Source: Octopus vulgaris | Taxonomy: Eukaryota | DNA: 64,000 nt | Reading direction: 5' to 3' | Assembly (NCBI GenBank): GCA_951406725.2 | Contig: OX597816.1 | Location: 40,300,001-40,364,000 of the forward strand | In this document: positions 38,999 to 52,857 of the stretch, piece by piece | Layout: the number at the start of each line of letters is the position of its first letter | Numbering within the stretch: the first letter of the stretch is position 1 | Notes under the pieces: generated by a model | What the model was told of the DNA's origin: nothing | The model's database searches: none | What the model saw: the letters and a program-made list of their open reading frames with translations, nothing else | Translations under genes and position numbers: made by a program

Positions 38999-39004
38999 TA
39001 TAAT

Positions 39005-39037
<33 letters not shown>

Positions 39038-39869
39038 CATACATATAAGTATATATATGTATATATATATACAATAGATATTAATAATATTATGTATATA
39101 TGTATAAGTGTGTGACCATGTAAGCTACATTGTAGATACGACTGTGCTCAAGTTCAGTCGTTTTTATTAAATATTCTTTCACAATAATTTTTAGTCCTCT
39201 ATGTTATTTTTACAAAATTCCAGGAATTTGTGATTTCCCTGAATAAAATGATATTAGTGGTGTTTTGTTTCCACGTTCTGTCTTAGGCATCGGATGATCA
39301 TAGTAATAATGTAGTAGCACTGAATTTACCATGGCCAGTTTTAAACTTCATTTACGATTGATTGCCTAATACTCACAAACGGTAATTGGTTTCAGCTGCA
39401 ATTTGTTTATATGTTGCAATGGATAAAACATAAGTAGTTAATTTACATTTTTGTTTTGTAGATGTCTACATAAATGGTAATGATATCAATTAATGTTTTC
39501 TTCTTATAGTTTCGCTTCGTATGTTGTATTATGATATATCATCTTGGCCCTATGTTCTAAATGCATAGAAACTGGTGACAAAGTTTTGTACATGTATGGC
39601 CAATGTACTGTATATTGACTGACGTATAACCTCGTAACTATTGGATGCATATTTCCCTGAAAATAAAAATACACACATTCACGCACACAAATGCACACGT
39701 GCAAAAGCACATGCAAAAATACAACTAAAAGTGTTCAAACATACTGACATATACTTGTATTTATATACAGAGTTATGTATGTATGTATGTATGTATGTAT
39801 GTATGTATGTATGTATGTATGTATGCATGTATGTATGTATGTATTTATGTATGTATGTATGTATGTATG

Positions 39870-39912
<43 letters not shown>

Positions 39913-41190
39913 TTATCTGTGTATCTACCTATCTATCTATGTATCTATGTATCTATCTATGTATCTATCTACGTATCTATCTGCCTGTCTGTCTGTCTGA
40001 CTGTCCATCTGTCTATCTGTTGGTCTGCCTGCCTGTCTGTTTGTCTTACTCTCTGCCTGTATATGCGTATATATGCTTATATGTGTTAATATATATATTT
40101 TTCTTTCTATCAGTCTTGATACTTAAACACGTGTGCGTTAACATCCACGCACTTATACAGATAGATTTTCGTGCAGTTTTCGTCAAACGAATGTCAATGA
40201 GTATAAGTCGCCTAGAATCTGGTCCTCAATCCAATGAAACCCGTAACGCTGTACTTTGAAGCAAACTACTTATCCTTGCAACAATGTATGCAGGCATTAC
40301 TTAAACTAAACAAAATGCTGAAGCAATGAATGATCTAGTATGTGATTTGTCGAAATGCAAGAGAGAGAGAGAGAGAGAGAGAAGGCAAACCTCACTCAAA
40401 TAACATACGTCCATTTTCAAAAAGTAACTATATATGTAATTAAAAAAATAAAACAATGAGTATACTGGAAAATGCAGTCCTAGAAATACAATGTGTAGGG
40501 CTTGGAAGTTCTTGATCACAAGCTTACTAAATGGGACTTTTCCTGGGGCTAAACAGTAGCTAATTACAAAATGAGTTGGAGTAAGAATGTCCTATTAGAA
40601 GACATGTTTTACATCCATCCAATGGCTTCTACCACTAATTCCGACCAATGAAAATGTCGCTGAGTATTTTCATATTAATTTTATAAAAGCTTCTTTCGCA
40701 TATACAACTATATAGTTTTCAACCCCATACTGGCAAAATATCAACATAAATACGCTCATAGATATTCTGCCAAAGTAGTTAAATATACTTTTTTTTCTGC
40801 GAGCAGGAAACTGACACTTTGTTTTGTGTCTGGACATTATCCAAATGTCATCTATTGAAAATTTATGGAAGATCAATAAGTAAAACCTGAATTCAATATA
40901 TCTTTTATATGAAATGGGTGTATATTTGTGGTAGTACAGAAAGAACACTGCAACTGGGAATTGCACAAGTGTTATTTCAACTATTAAGACTGTCTCACAA
41001 TATGTTGGCTGAATGGATTAAACCCAACGACAAATGTAAAATTCAATTGTCACTAAGTATGACTAAGGGTGTCGACACACCTTTATTGATAGAAATAAGA
41101 GTTAAAATAATACTCTTAATTCTGTAGGAAGAGCGCAGATATATGCTGACAGGGGCGCCAACCACACCGTGAGAACTCGAAAATGTCAGC

Positions 41191-41236
<46 letters not shown>

Positions 41237-41279
41237 TTCTCGGAAATGGATACGTGGCAATCAATCATATAATAATATA

Positions 41280-41324
<45 letters not shown>

Positions 41325-41329
41325 TGTAT

Positions 41330-42292
41330 ATACAGGATGTCATAGAACGTAAACAAAATGAAATACGAAATATGAAAAGTTGGAATATGAACTTTTTTTT
41401 GCGAATAACGAAAGAAACAAATGGAAAATGACACAAGTAACTTAAAGAATCACCCTTCATAAGTTGTCGCCTGTTTTATCTACTCCGCATTCCGAGTAAT
41501 TGAGAGAAGATGTGCCTTCGTCAAAACAGTTGCTCCCGAAACGCGATTTAAATAAAATTGGGGATTTGCGGAAGGCCAAAGTTGGTAGAACAAGACAGTG
41601 AAAACAAACAGTAAGCCATAACCTTGTGAGGTGGCGAATGCTGGAGTTTTAGCGTAATTGCTTGAAATGCGTAGAAGATAAAACAGCTGACAACTGATGA
41701 AGGGTCGTTATATTACTTGTCTTGTTTTCCATTTGTTTCTTTCGTTTCTTCTCTCTTCCTTTTTATTCCCCTTCTCCCCCTTTCGGTTTTTCTCTCTCAT
41801 CCTTTCTCTAACCGTCTCTCTCTCTTCCTCAGTCTTCCTCCTTTAATCTCTCGTTGCTCACACATGACCATCGGTCATCTTTCTTTTCCTAACTTGAGTT
41901 TCTTTCCTTTCGGTCAGCTACAGAGATAAGTTGCATTCTTGTGCGTCTCTTGTCAAAGCTTGTTCCTCCAGCGATCGCCACCTCACCTCGTTATAACTTA
42001 GTAGCCCTTACTGTTTGTTGCCACTGTCCTGTTTTTGTTACCAGCTTTGACCCTTCGCAAATCCCAAATTTTATTTAATTTGCTCTGCCGAAGCAACTGT
42101 TTAGACGAAGGCGCATCTTGTCGTAATTGCTCGAAATGCGGAGTAGATAAAACAGTCAACAACTGATGAAGTGTCGTTCTTTACGTTACTTGTCTTGTTT
42201 TTCATTTCTTTCTTTCGTTGTTCGCAAAAAGTTCGCATTACATGTTTTCCTATTTCGTATTACATGTTGTTTACGTTCTATGATGTCCTGTA
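41330..42292. mobile_element. Foldback element with ~290-bp diverged inverted arms
   Basis: 41330-41615 (TACAGGATGTCATAGAACGTAAACAA...) mirrors about 42008-42292 (...TTGTTTACGTTCTATGATGTCCTGTA); a third partial copy at 41652-41745. Confidence 0.85.
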
Positions 42293-42368
42293 CCCATATA
42301 TGCATATGTATATACATATATATGTAAGTATGTACATACATGTACGTATATATACATATATAAATATC

Positions 42369-42399
<31 letters not shown>

Positions 42400-42639
42400 G
42401 GTGTGTATGTGTGTGTGTGTAGAATATAATTAAAATATAAAAATATTCAAGCCACGAGCATTCAATCTTGAAAATGTGAAAGCAGCAAACTTCACTATTC
42501 CAATTGTTGAATTAGCCAGATATGTTTATGCATGTAAGCATGTGTATGCTTTGTGCATGTATGTGTGTGTGTGTGTGTGGTTGTGTTTGCGAATGTGTAT
42601 TTGCAAAAATAATGATACATAATCATAATACCAAGATCT

Positions 42640-43550
42640 CAGTATGAGCACGCTGAGCTTACTGAGAGATATATAAATTGCAATCATTTGGCCTTTAAAG
42701 GTTTCATATGCACTTTCAATCATCAGTAAAGACAAAAAGCGAGTTGGAGAAAAAAAAGCTGTTCTGAATATAGTTGCATCATTAATCGTTTATTTTCCTG
42801 CCTAATTTTGTAATTTTATATTTCTTATCGACTAGTATTTTCTTATATAGTATCTTTTGTGTTATATGGTGTAGTGCATATGGTGTAGTGCATTAAAATT
42901 GGACCATACTCTAAGTGCATAATCAGCCATCAGGTGAATGTCATATACGTACGGCCAATATAATAGTTGACGTCACGAAGTTTACAGCTCTTACGTTGGC
43001 AATCGTAATGTATAACTGGTAATTACTAGCATGTTCCTTGCATTACATAACTGTAGTTATTGCCGATAAAATGTTTTATAATTTTAGTGATTTTGCAATA
43101 GAAAGAATTGTTGTCAATTATCGTTTGATGTAATGTATTTGAAGTTCCATTGTACGATGCATAATGCATTCATTTATGAAATCATTTTTGATTTTCTAAT
43201 TTACCAATTGAAAAGTCAACTTAACTAAAAGCCATGATCACCATTTTGAAGTTGAAATTATCTTTCCATTCGTAGGTATAGTATTTTACCGTATAGAATA
43301 TCATAAATGGAACGTTAATATATCATACTTCTGCATTCTGTTTTGAAGAATCTCAAAGTATAGAATAAACGAAGTAATATCTTTTAAAAATATACTTCTT
43401 GCGAACATATATGTTCAAGTACTTTGAGGATGCAATCAGATTTGTAAGCAGTATTCTAACTTTTCTTTAACGCCAACGTTTCCTTTAATGTTTAAATTAC
43501 GTCTTGTAAAAATTAATCTTTGAGTAGTTTCAATTAAGTAACACGCATCA
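42640..43550 (-). mobile_element. Penelope-like element remnant: GIY-YIG domain followed by a hammerhead relic
   Basis: Minus strand SCKLRDVNYYIGRTYMTFT*WLIMHLEYGPI at 42900-42990; downstream CTGATGA (42726-42720)...GAAA-CCTTTAAAGG-CC. Confidence 0.6.
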
Positions 43551-44437
43551 TGAATATTTAATTATTAGATAAGAGGGATTCCATGAGTCCAGGATTAGAT
43601 TCTACTACTGTAGAAGTATTTGTTGCTGCCGTTGTTTTATAGCCTTAATTTATATCTAATTTAGTAGAGGCCTTCAGACTCAAGTTTATTTTCAACCAAG
43701 TCTTATTTAGTCTGCATTATTAATTGTTAGTTCATATTACTTAAAATGCTAGGTTTGATTTGAGGAAAACCTGGTCGTTATTTGTAAAAGATCGTTAAAC
43801 CTTGTAAAAGATTTGTCGTTTGATCGTGTTTGCTTTATGTTTGGAATTTGTTCTTTTTTTGGGGACTGCATGAGATATTTCACTACATATTACTTCACGA
43901 TACTGTATCATACATGCATTCATTGTCTTTAGATTGTAAAGGTAACACATATTCCAGCAATAAAAAAAACTTATTCTTTGAGACAATTTAAACTATTCTT
44001 TGTTATAAAGTACTGTGATCCACACTTTTCCGGACCATTGTTGTAGTATGTGAGAGAAAATGTTTTTGCTAGCCCCTAGCTCACTCCCCACTCCATTTCT
44101 TGGATGAAAGAGACACCGAGAGTGGCGTCTCACAACCTTTTCGTAGCGGAGTCAAGAGGATTGTGTGGGAGGTAAAGAAAAAGAGAGGAAAATAGTGCAT
44201 ATTTGATTCACTCCTCGTTTACAACCCCTGAAAGGATTAAATGCGAAGTTAACCGGATAGTTTTGACCTTAGAAGGTAAAGGAGACAGAACAATTACCAA
44301 AAGTCGTTTGTCCGACGCTCTAACGATTATGTCCATTGACTTCTTTGTATAAGGCAATAGGCAATACGTAATTACGCTCTTCTATTTCCCACTCAGTATA
44401 TAACGTGTGTGTGCATGAGAGAAATGCATTGTTTAAT

Positions 44438-44765
44438 GGAAGCACTCCGTCGGTTACGACGATGAGGGTTCCGGTTGATCCGAATCAACGGAACAGCCTG
44501 CTCGTGAAATTAACGTGTAAGTGGCTGAGCACTCCACAGACACGTGCACCCTTAACGTAGTTCTCGGGGATATTCAGCGTGACACAGAGAGTGACAAGGC
44601 TGGCCCTTTTGAAATACAGGTACAACAGAAACAGGAAGTAAGAGTGAGAGAAAGTTGTGGTGAAAGAGTACAGCAGGGATCACCACCACCCCCTGCCGGA
44701 GCCTCGTGGAGCTTTAGGTGCTTTCGCTCAATAAACACTCACAACGCCCGGCCTGGGAATCGAAA
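44438..44765 (-). mobile_element. SINE group B, 5'-truncated
   Basis: Family match; TSD GCATTGTTTAAT on both sides. Confidence 0.92.
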
Positions 44766-45149
44766 GCATTGTTTAATACTGAAGTGATAAATATAACTGC
44801 GTGTAGCATGATTAAGAAGTATGATGCAGAGTCACTATCTTTCCAGTACTTATTGTTCCGCAGCTTGAGCGATTTTCTTATTTTACCGTTGTCTCAGTTT
44901 TATTCAAGCTTTGTGAGTGAATTGGGAGGGACAGAAACTGCATAGATTGTTTTGTAATTCAAAGATATTGCATTGCCACATACTGTGTTACACTGATCCT
45001 ACGCTGGATAGAAGTATTTATGGAATGTTCGGCCACTTACACATTAATTTAACAAGAAGGTTATTTAGCCGATCGAATAACTCAATCATCTCGTCGAAAG
45101 TGATGGTGATCCATTCACTTAACTTACAAGGACAAATAAGTAAATCTGT

Positions 45150-45530
45150 TATCATTTGCTTGTTTCAGTCAAAGGACTGCTCCCATACTGGGGCATCGCC
45201 TTGAAGGGTTTCTCAGTCGAATAAATCGCTCCCGAACTTATTTTTAATTCTGCCACTGATCTGATTGCTCTGTTTTATCGAACCGCTAATTTAAGAGGAC
45301 TACAACAAACCAATACCAGTTGTGAACTGATGGGGCTATTGGGACAAACATAGATACAAAGACACACATACACATATATACGTTGGGCTCTCGTACAGTT
45401 TTTGTCTACCGAATTCACTCACAAGGCATTGGTCAGCCCAGGACTATAACAGAAGATGACATGCAATGAAATCGAACGCAAAACTGTGGTTGCAAAGCGA
45501 TCTTCTTAACTATACATCTTTACCCGCACC
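45150..45530 (-). mobile_element. SINE group C, old copy
   Basis: CTTGTTTCAGTC...GAACCGCTAA...CAGTTTTTGTCTACCGAATTCACTCACAAGGCATTGGTC. Confidence 0.7.
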
Positions 45531-46986
45531 AACTCACAATCATATATGTAAGTTATTTCATGCAATATAAAAACTCTAGAACATTCGCCTTTTCTCTGCT
45601 TATTTTATATACGTGCGTACGAGCGCACACACGTCTGTGTATGTATGATCGCATGTATATATGTGTATATGTGTTGTATATTTATAGTTCAGCAGATATG
45701 CTGATGAAATCTCTCGTCGAGCGTAAGACTCAATACACTTTTGCTTACTTGCAGTTATTACGCAGGTTAAAACACTTTTCAGAATTACCAAACCCTTAAG
45801 TTGGTGAAACATTTTCAGACAACAGTATTAGTATTAACATTAGTATTAATAGTAATATAATTTGTAGTCGCAGTAGTAATAGTATGTAGTAGTAGCGCTG
45901 TTGATAATGGCTTTTGCTTTGGTTTTTCTTTTCTTTCATTTTTGCCCATTTCTTTTCTGTCTATATGTGTTCCGTGAAGTTATTTCATCTGACATGATGG
46001 TGGATTAATTGAAGTGACCAGTTCTGGCTGATCTCAAATCCTTTTTAAATCTCTATTGTTAATGTATCTTGCTTGATCAAATTGTATTTTTAACTCTTTA
46101 CAGCGTTCGTATTTTTTGTGGAATTTTGTTTTTTTTTATTCTTTTTCATGGTATAACACTTTCCAGAACACTTTAAAGGAGATTATTAAAGACAAGGAAG
46201 TTCGCAAGAAGTATAAAAATGAGAGAGAGAAAGAACAAACAAAAAAACAAACACACACACAAAAAAAAGCAAGCAATAAATAAAGAAAGAAAATGGAGAA
46301 AGTTGGAACGAAAATAGAACTGAAAAGAGTCGGAAAGTGGTTTGATGAAGAAAAGAAAAGACGGTAAAGAAATGATGGCCGATAGAGAAAACGAGAAAAT
46401 AGCTGTAAAGGCGGACAGTATGAGACAAGAACAAAAATAAACGAATGAAGAAATAAATACAAAATATACAAGTATAAAAAATGTAAAAATCTAAGATATA
46501 TAAAATGTAAACAACATAAAAACAAAAATATAAAATATAAAAATATAGAATATATAAAAATATAAAAATTTGAAATATAAAAAAATATAGAAAATATAAA
46601 AATATAAAACATAAAAAGGTATAAATGATATAAAAGAGGAGAGAGGCTAATTTTTCCCTATACACAAGATTCATATGACAGATATCTATGTAAAATTTTG
46701 GATAATAAACACGATGGGACTCCTTTTCCTCCCCAGATTGTACCGATTTTAATGCTAGCAGATTAGCATGAAAGGGTGTGCTAAGGGACTACTCTCTTTC
46801 ACTAATTCCTTAAACTACGCCCCCTTGATTATTTGTTGAGTAAATTAACTGAAACAGAAGCAACATGACCGAGAGTTGGCTAAGGAGTAGGCAAATATCC
46901 ATATATATTAGATGTGAAGAGTGAACAACAGTGTATCGAAATAATGGAGCATTCTCCAACGTTCTGATCCATCAGTGGTTTATAAA

Positions 46987-48198
46987 TCTACTATATAAAA
47001 TCCGTTCTGTCTGTCTGTCTCTGTGTGTCGTCTAGGATCTCGGGCTTCCTCTATCCGATTGCGCTCAAAGTTGATATATAGATACCGACGGTATCAGGGC
47101 CTGTATAAGTCTTGAAACATTTACAAAAATCGATTCCAGTTGAGAATGCGATCGATAAAGCCGTTTTTGTCCTGCCTTTTTTCCGTCAATCTGTACATAA
47201 CTGCACCTTCCATTTTTTGCTGTTTTTGTACTGCTTAAAGGCACATTTCTTTCCTGCCAAGCTTACTGTTTAAACCATGTTTCTATTCTCCCAGTTAACA
47301 GCCTTATCATTACTGGTACTTTAAACTCTTAGGTTGCATATTTGTGTGAATAAAGTCTATCTTTATTTCTTCTTTTTCTGGTGTCTCAAATTTAGGTTAA
47401 ATCAATGTTTCTCAAAGGGGAGGCCTATGGGACGGTCGGACAAGTTGTTTTGAGAAAATTTGGTTTAAATGTTTGACAACTCAGCACCGTCCATTGAACG
47501 GGGGGCGGAGCGTTTTGCTCGTACAGAAATAAAGATAGAAATGTGTGGTTACTACAGATGCAACATGTCTGAATAAACATTTGTTTGTTTTTAAATCACA
47601 AGGTCGTGGGTTCCATTGAGCTGCTTGGCAAGAGAAGGTTAGCGTTTTTATTTTTTTCGTTATTGTGTCTATTCAAACCAAAACTGGTGAGTAAATTCAG
47701 GTAGACGGAAATCATTATACCTGTAATTGAAAAAGTACCGCGTTTTAAAGATGATTTTACTCTTAGGGTTATATGGGTCAGCTGGATGCCAAACCACTTA
47801 CATCCTAATCCAATGTGCACTAAATAAGTTGCATTTCCACGGAGAGTACTGAAATTCTCAACCGCCTATTTACGCTCATTACACTCATACATTCGCACAT
47901 AAAAACACTCACCCACCCACCCACTCACTCACTCACTCACTCACTCACTCACTCACCCACCCACTCACTCGCTCGCTCACTCACTCACTCATCGCTCGGT
48001 TCAAAGTCTCCCTTGACCAGAAATGGCCTGAACTCTTTGCATGAACACCACCCTGTACATAACTCCATGCCCCCCTACGTGGCCTTGCTTTTTGCTTTTT
48101 GAGCCAAAAAATTAACTTAACTTAACTTAACTCACTCACTCACTCACTCACTTACTCACTCACTCACTCACTCACTCATTCATTCACTCACTCATACG

Positions 48199-48230
<32 letters not shown>

Positions 48231-48303
48231 TACATACGCGCGCGCATACATATATCCACAGATACCTAAATGTTACTATAAAGGCACCGGGAAATTATGC
48301 TAG
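46987..48303 (+). mobile_element. Non-autonomous Helitron-like element
   Basis: 5' end A^TCTACTATATAAAA followed by (CTGT)n; 3' end GGCACCGGGAAATTATGCTAG; internal (ACTC)n. The terminal hairpin is degenerate and the next base is C rather than T. Confidence 0.55.
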
Positions 48304-48448
48304 CAATCATCCCAAAATAATGAACGGAAAACTTGTTGTTTGCTAGTGGAGGTAGTTAGTTGAAGTCTTGCAAGTCGTATCCTGAGTGAGGCCTATAAAA
48401 CCTAGGGCATTGCAGAAATTAGAAGAAAAAGAGCCATGAAGAACGTAA

Positions 48449-48587
48449 GGGCTGCTGATAAAAGCATCCAGATGGGTCTGGTTGGAAAGAGATGATCGTT
48501 GGGGGTCATTAGAATCTAGGGGCTGCTGATAAAAGCATCCAGATGGGTCTGGTTGAAAAGAGATGATCGTTGGGGTCATTAGAATCT
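48449..48587. repeat. Tandem duplication of a ~70-bp unit
   Basis: GGGCTGCTGATAAAAGCATCCAGATGGGTCTGGTTG.AAAGAGATGATCGTTGGGGTCATTAGAATCT occurs twice. Confidence 0.95.
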
Positions 48588-48949
48588 GCTCGGACACAGA
48601 TCTAGGCTTGATCGACCTAGGTCAGAGTACCTGAATCAGGGTGTATGTTGTGAGATACAAAACAACTAATGATAAAACACGATAGAACATCGACGATGTG
48701 TCCAAGTATTACATCTGTTCATGGATGCTGAACTATGGATAAACTTAATCCTTCATTCATTTTTCGACTTGCAATGAAAGAACTTTAAAACATATAAATA
48801 AAACTAAGTCATATCGAAATTGCGCTTCTCTTGTTTTGAAAGCCGTATGACCCTTCTACAGATTACAATTTTAAAGTTGCATGAGAGGAAATATAAATAT
48901 ATTTGTGTGTAGATTCTCTGAGTATGTTCTCGCAAGCACTAGTTTAAGT

Positions 48950-49919
48950 TATTGTTTTGTTGCTTTGTGGCGTTGTTGTTGTTTTGTGAATTTAGTTCTG
49001 TTTCGTTTCGTTTTCCCGTGTCATATATTTCGTCATATATTTCTCATCGTTCAGTGATCATTCATTGTAATCCTATACTGTCCCTAGCCATTTTAAGATC
49101 TGGTCGTAACGACGGCATTATGCTTAGCTGGTGAGGTCTAATAAACCGAAATAGATTCCAAATTATAACTGCATTAACAAAGGTCAAACTAACCTTCCAC
49201 TGGATTCTAATTTTCAACAAATTCAAATTAATTTTAATTCCGAGATTGTCCCCACTGTCGTTTCTGACGGGAATAATTCATTAAGATAGGGATTTGCTCC
49301 TCCTCACTATAAAAGTTTAATTAAAATAAATTCGTTAATACAAGTATCTCAAGCACAGCTTTTAATACTCATACGCTGTATGCTGTATTCTGTGAGTTTT
49401 TGTTTTTTCTGTCCCACATTATCAAGACTACACTAGCATGATAATTTATTGTGAATACTGGCAGGTAAAGAATCAGTCTGATCGAGTTGATATGCGGGGA
49501 TTCTCCAAGAAATGAAGCAGATAAGACCCGTCTAAGTCTAAATTACAACTTTACGAGTGATAAACACATGTGTTCTCTGGAGCGATTAAAACCCCAGGTC
49601 TGGAGGTCAAATCAAGTACTAAAAGAGACGGACCATGCATTAGGCACCATGCAACCTCAACTCACCTAGCTACGATTGTATTGTTAGTAATAGATCCCAT
49701 CGGAATCCAGTAGTAGCGTTAATCTAAAATATGCATTAGTGGTTAGTTGTTTTGGCTGACCAGATTAAATAGACAAGAGGCACACGTCATTTTAGAGCTG
49801 TTAATCTTCCAAAGTGCGAGACAATTGCCACTTTCTCTCCAGCGAACACTTTAAATGCTTTATCGCATAATCCTATTTCCAATATTTCTTTTCTTCACTA
49901 TTTCTTTGTCACTATCCCC

Positions 49920-49973
<54 letters not shown>

Positions 49974-50478
49974 CTTTCTTCCAATTCCAGCCAGTTTAAT
50001 CAAGTAATCTCTAAGAAAAAAAAAAAACGAAAAACAAAAACAAAACAAGAACAAACCACCCCCAAAAAAACTTCCTTTCTCGTTTAAGAAGAAAAATAGA
50101 TGTTGCGGAATATTCAGAGAACTTTCGAAAATAGCAATAATAAGCTATCATTTTTCTCTCCAAATTTTGTCATTTCTCCTCTATTTATTTTCGCTTTATT
50201 TTTCTTTCTTCTTTTTCCACATTCTTTGTTTTTTTTTACTTTTATAATTTTGTTTTTATATTTTTATTATTTTCTTTCTTTTGTTTTATCATTCTATTTG
50301 TTTTTTTTTTATATAGAGCCTATTCTGTATTTATTCACTTTCTTCATTTCATTTCTTTGTTCCATTCTGCCGATGACTTTCTTATTTTATTCATTCAGTT
50401 TCCTTTTTTTTTTCATTGCGTCATTAATCACTTTCTACATTCATTGCGCACCATTACTATCATTCCCTTACATTAAAC

Positions 50479-50558
<80 letters not shown>

Positions 50559-50984
50559 AATACACACACATATATATACATATATATACAAATATACACA
50601 TAACAGAAGAGATGCCACCTTTTTTCTTTCTAGGTTGTTTGCTCGATTCATAGCTTCAGTGTCCGCTTTGGTGTCTCAGAAACTACTGAAGCGAGGGGGT
50701 CCAATAATGTTATCAATGATTACTAGCTAAAAAAAAAAAAAAAATGTTGCTTTGTCGTTATACTTGTGTTATAATTTTGCCTCTTTATACCAAGTTATTT
50801 GGCTGTATGCGGTATAACTAATATGAAAAACCGAAATGACTTACAAGAAAAACGAAAGAGCAATAGAAATACTGGATACAGGAAAAGACAAAAAACGAAA
50901 ACGAAATATATGACACGGGAAAACGAAACGAAACAGAACTAAATTCACAAAACAACAACAACGCCACAAAGCAACAAAACAATA
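48950..50984. repeat. 84-bp inverted copy pair, 1.9 kb apart
   Basis: 48950-49033 is the reverse complement of 50901-50984; I saw no mismatches. Confidence 0.92.
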
Positions 50985-51585
50985 CGACGACACAAAGTAA
51001 CAGCAAAAATGACACAAAGCAACAACAACAACAACAACGACCGCAATAATAACAACAACGCTATCAGATATCAGTAGTGATGGTCGTGGTGGCAATGGTT
51101 GCTATTTATTTCTAGATCAAACCTGACTGAACAAGACCTATGATAAATGCCGTTCTCGCCTTGAATATCTCATTTGAATTATTGTATATTTAGGAGTACA
51201 TTATTCAGTGTACTTTCCCATTTTTTCCCAAGACAGACTCACTCCCGTGCTACTTACCTTGTCTCTCATTAATCTCGCTGTGTGCAATGCTCCAGGTCCA
51301 GTACTAATCGCTGCGCTCAGACTTTTCCTTCCACAGAACGTCAGTCATTTTCAAATTTCGTTTTTTTTTTTGTAGGAATGACATCAATTTCAAACTAGGA
51401 GAGCCTTCAAAGGCCTTGAGAATTATATATTTTTGTTCAAACACATTAAGTGAGCTTTGGTTACTCTTTTTAGGTTGAGCAACCATGCGGTAGTCCCCTC
51501 TTTAGATTTAATTATTGATGATTATAACAGTTATTCATAGCAAAATAAATTTAAATATTTCAGAATAAATTAACGGCCTTTTATA

Positions 51586-51985
51586 CTCTTTTACTCTTTT
51601 ACTTGTTTCAGTCATTTGACTGTGGCCATGCTGGGGCACCACCTTTAGTCAAGCAAATCGACCCCAGGGCTTTTTCTTTGTAAGCCTAGTACTTATTCTA
51701 TCAGGCACTTTTGCCGAACCGCTAAGTTACGGGCACGTAAACACACCAGCATCGGTTGTCAAGCGATGTTGTGGGGATAGGGTGGGGGACAAACACAGGC
51801 ACACAAACATATACACACACATACATATATACGATGGGCTTCTTTCAGTTTCCGTCTACCAATTCCACTCACAAGGCTTTGGTTGGCCCGAGGCTACAGT
51901 AGAAGACATTTGCCCAAGTTGCCACGCAGTGGGACTGAACCCGGAACCATGTAGTTGGTAAGCAATCTACTTACCACACAGCCAC
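51586..51985 (-). mobile_element. SINE group C
   Basis: Reverse-complement family match from the (CTCTTTTA)n tail to the head CTTACCACACAGCCAC. Confidence 0.92.
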
Positions 51986-52059
51986 GAACACTAATTTGCT
52001 TTCTCCTATATTTGTCAGACCTTTTGTTAATATTCACCAAGTATTTCTTACGATTATGT

Positions 52060-52857
52060 AATGGAGTGGGAGAGGATTTAATTTCTTTTCATATATTTTA
52101 TTGTAATGCTCATTAAAAGAGATGTATTACGTGGGTGAAGACCTTCTTTAGCTTGGAGTACCGGTGTTTCTCTTTTCCCTAACCACTGCCTTCGGCGCTC
52201 AACAGTTTTATGGAGAGTCCATTTCTTGTCACCAGTCACTATTCGGTCCAAAAAAGGTTCATTCGTGAGACGTGATGACAAAGAAGAAGACACATTCACT
52301 CTCTGCGCGCGATTAGACTCGAAAAGTTTGTGAGGAACCCATTGACCTAATTTGCTAACTTTTCCGATGGCACACAGGTGTGAATGAATGGTTCAATAAC
52401 CAAATCCAAGCTTCTCTGGTAGTCGCTCAATAGTTACGATGGGATTTTGTTCCATCAGGGTTTGCAGGACGTCCTCATCAAGCTCTACAGATCTTCCAGA
52501 ATGAGGATTGTCTTCTAGGGTGTAGTTTCCGAAAGGGAATTTCTGAAACCACCGTTGACACTGCCTTACGCTTATTGTCGCATCCTCGCATACTGCATTA
52601 ATATTCCTCGCACTTTCTGTTGCGTTTTTGCATTTATTGAACTAGTAAAGCAAAATATGCCGAATATACTCCTTTGACAGTTCCATTATAGCTCTGAAAA
52701 AATCGAAGTGCACACTTCAAAACCTGCACGAAGAATAAGAAACACTAAAATTACTACCTATTTTTATTGTAAGTTGATGCAAGTAGTTTATCTCATCTCC
52801 CCGCGACTTTTAGTTCATGCAATTGAAAAATCGCATTATTTATGGGATGACCTAATA
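52060..52857 (-). mobile_element. Mariner transposon relic (5' TIR and N-terminal part)
   Basis: TIR-like TATTAGGTCATCCCATAAATAATGCG; CQRWFQKF..GNYTLED.P.SGR; KLGQWVPHKL; PFLDRIVTGDKKW. Confidence 0.88.

Noticed and set aside
45700-45740. CTGATGA motif
   Set aside because: No downstream GAAA, stem III or NUH arrangement.
48449-48587. Tandem repeats as a CRISPR-like array
   Set aside because: Only two adjacent units with no unique spacers, no cas genes and a eukaryotic context.
50100-50603. Hydrophobic Phe/Leu-rich ORFs (also 46136-46674) resembling membrane proteins
   Set aside because: Low-complexity T-rich DNA read in several frames, ending in (CA)n.
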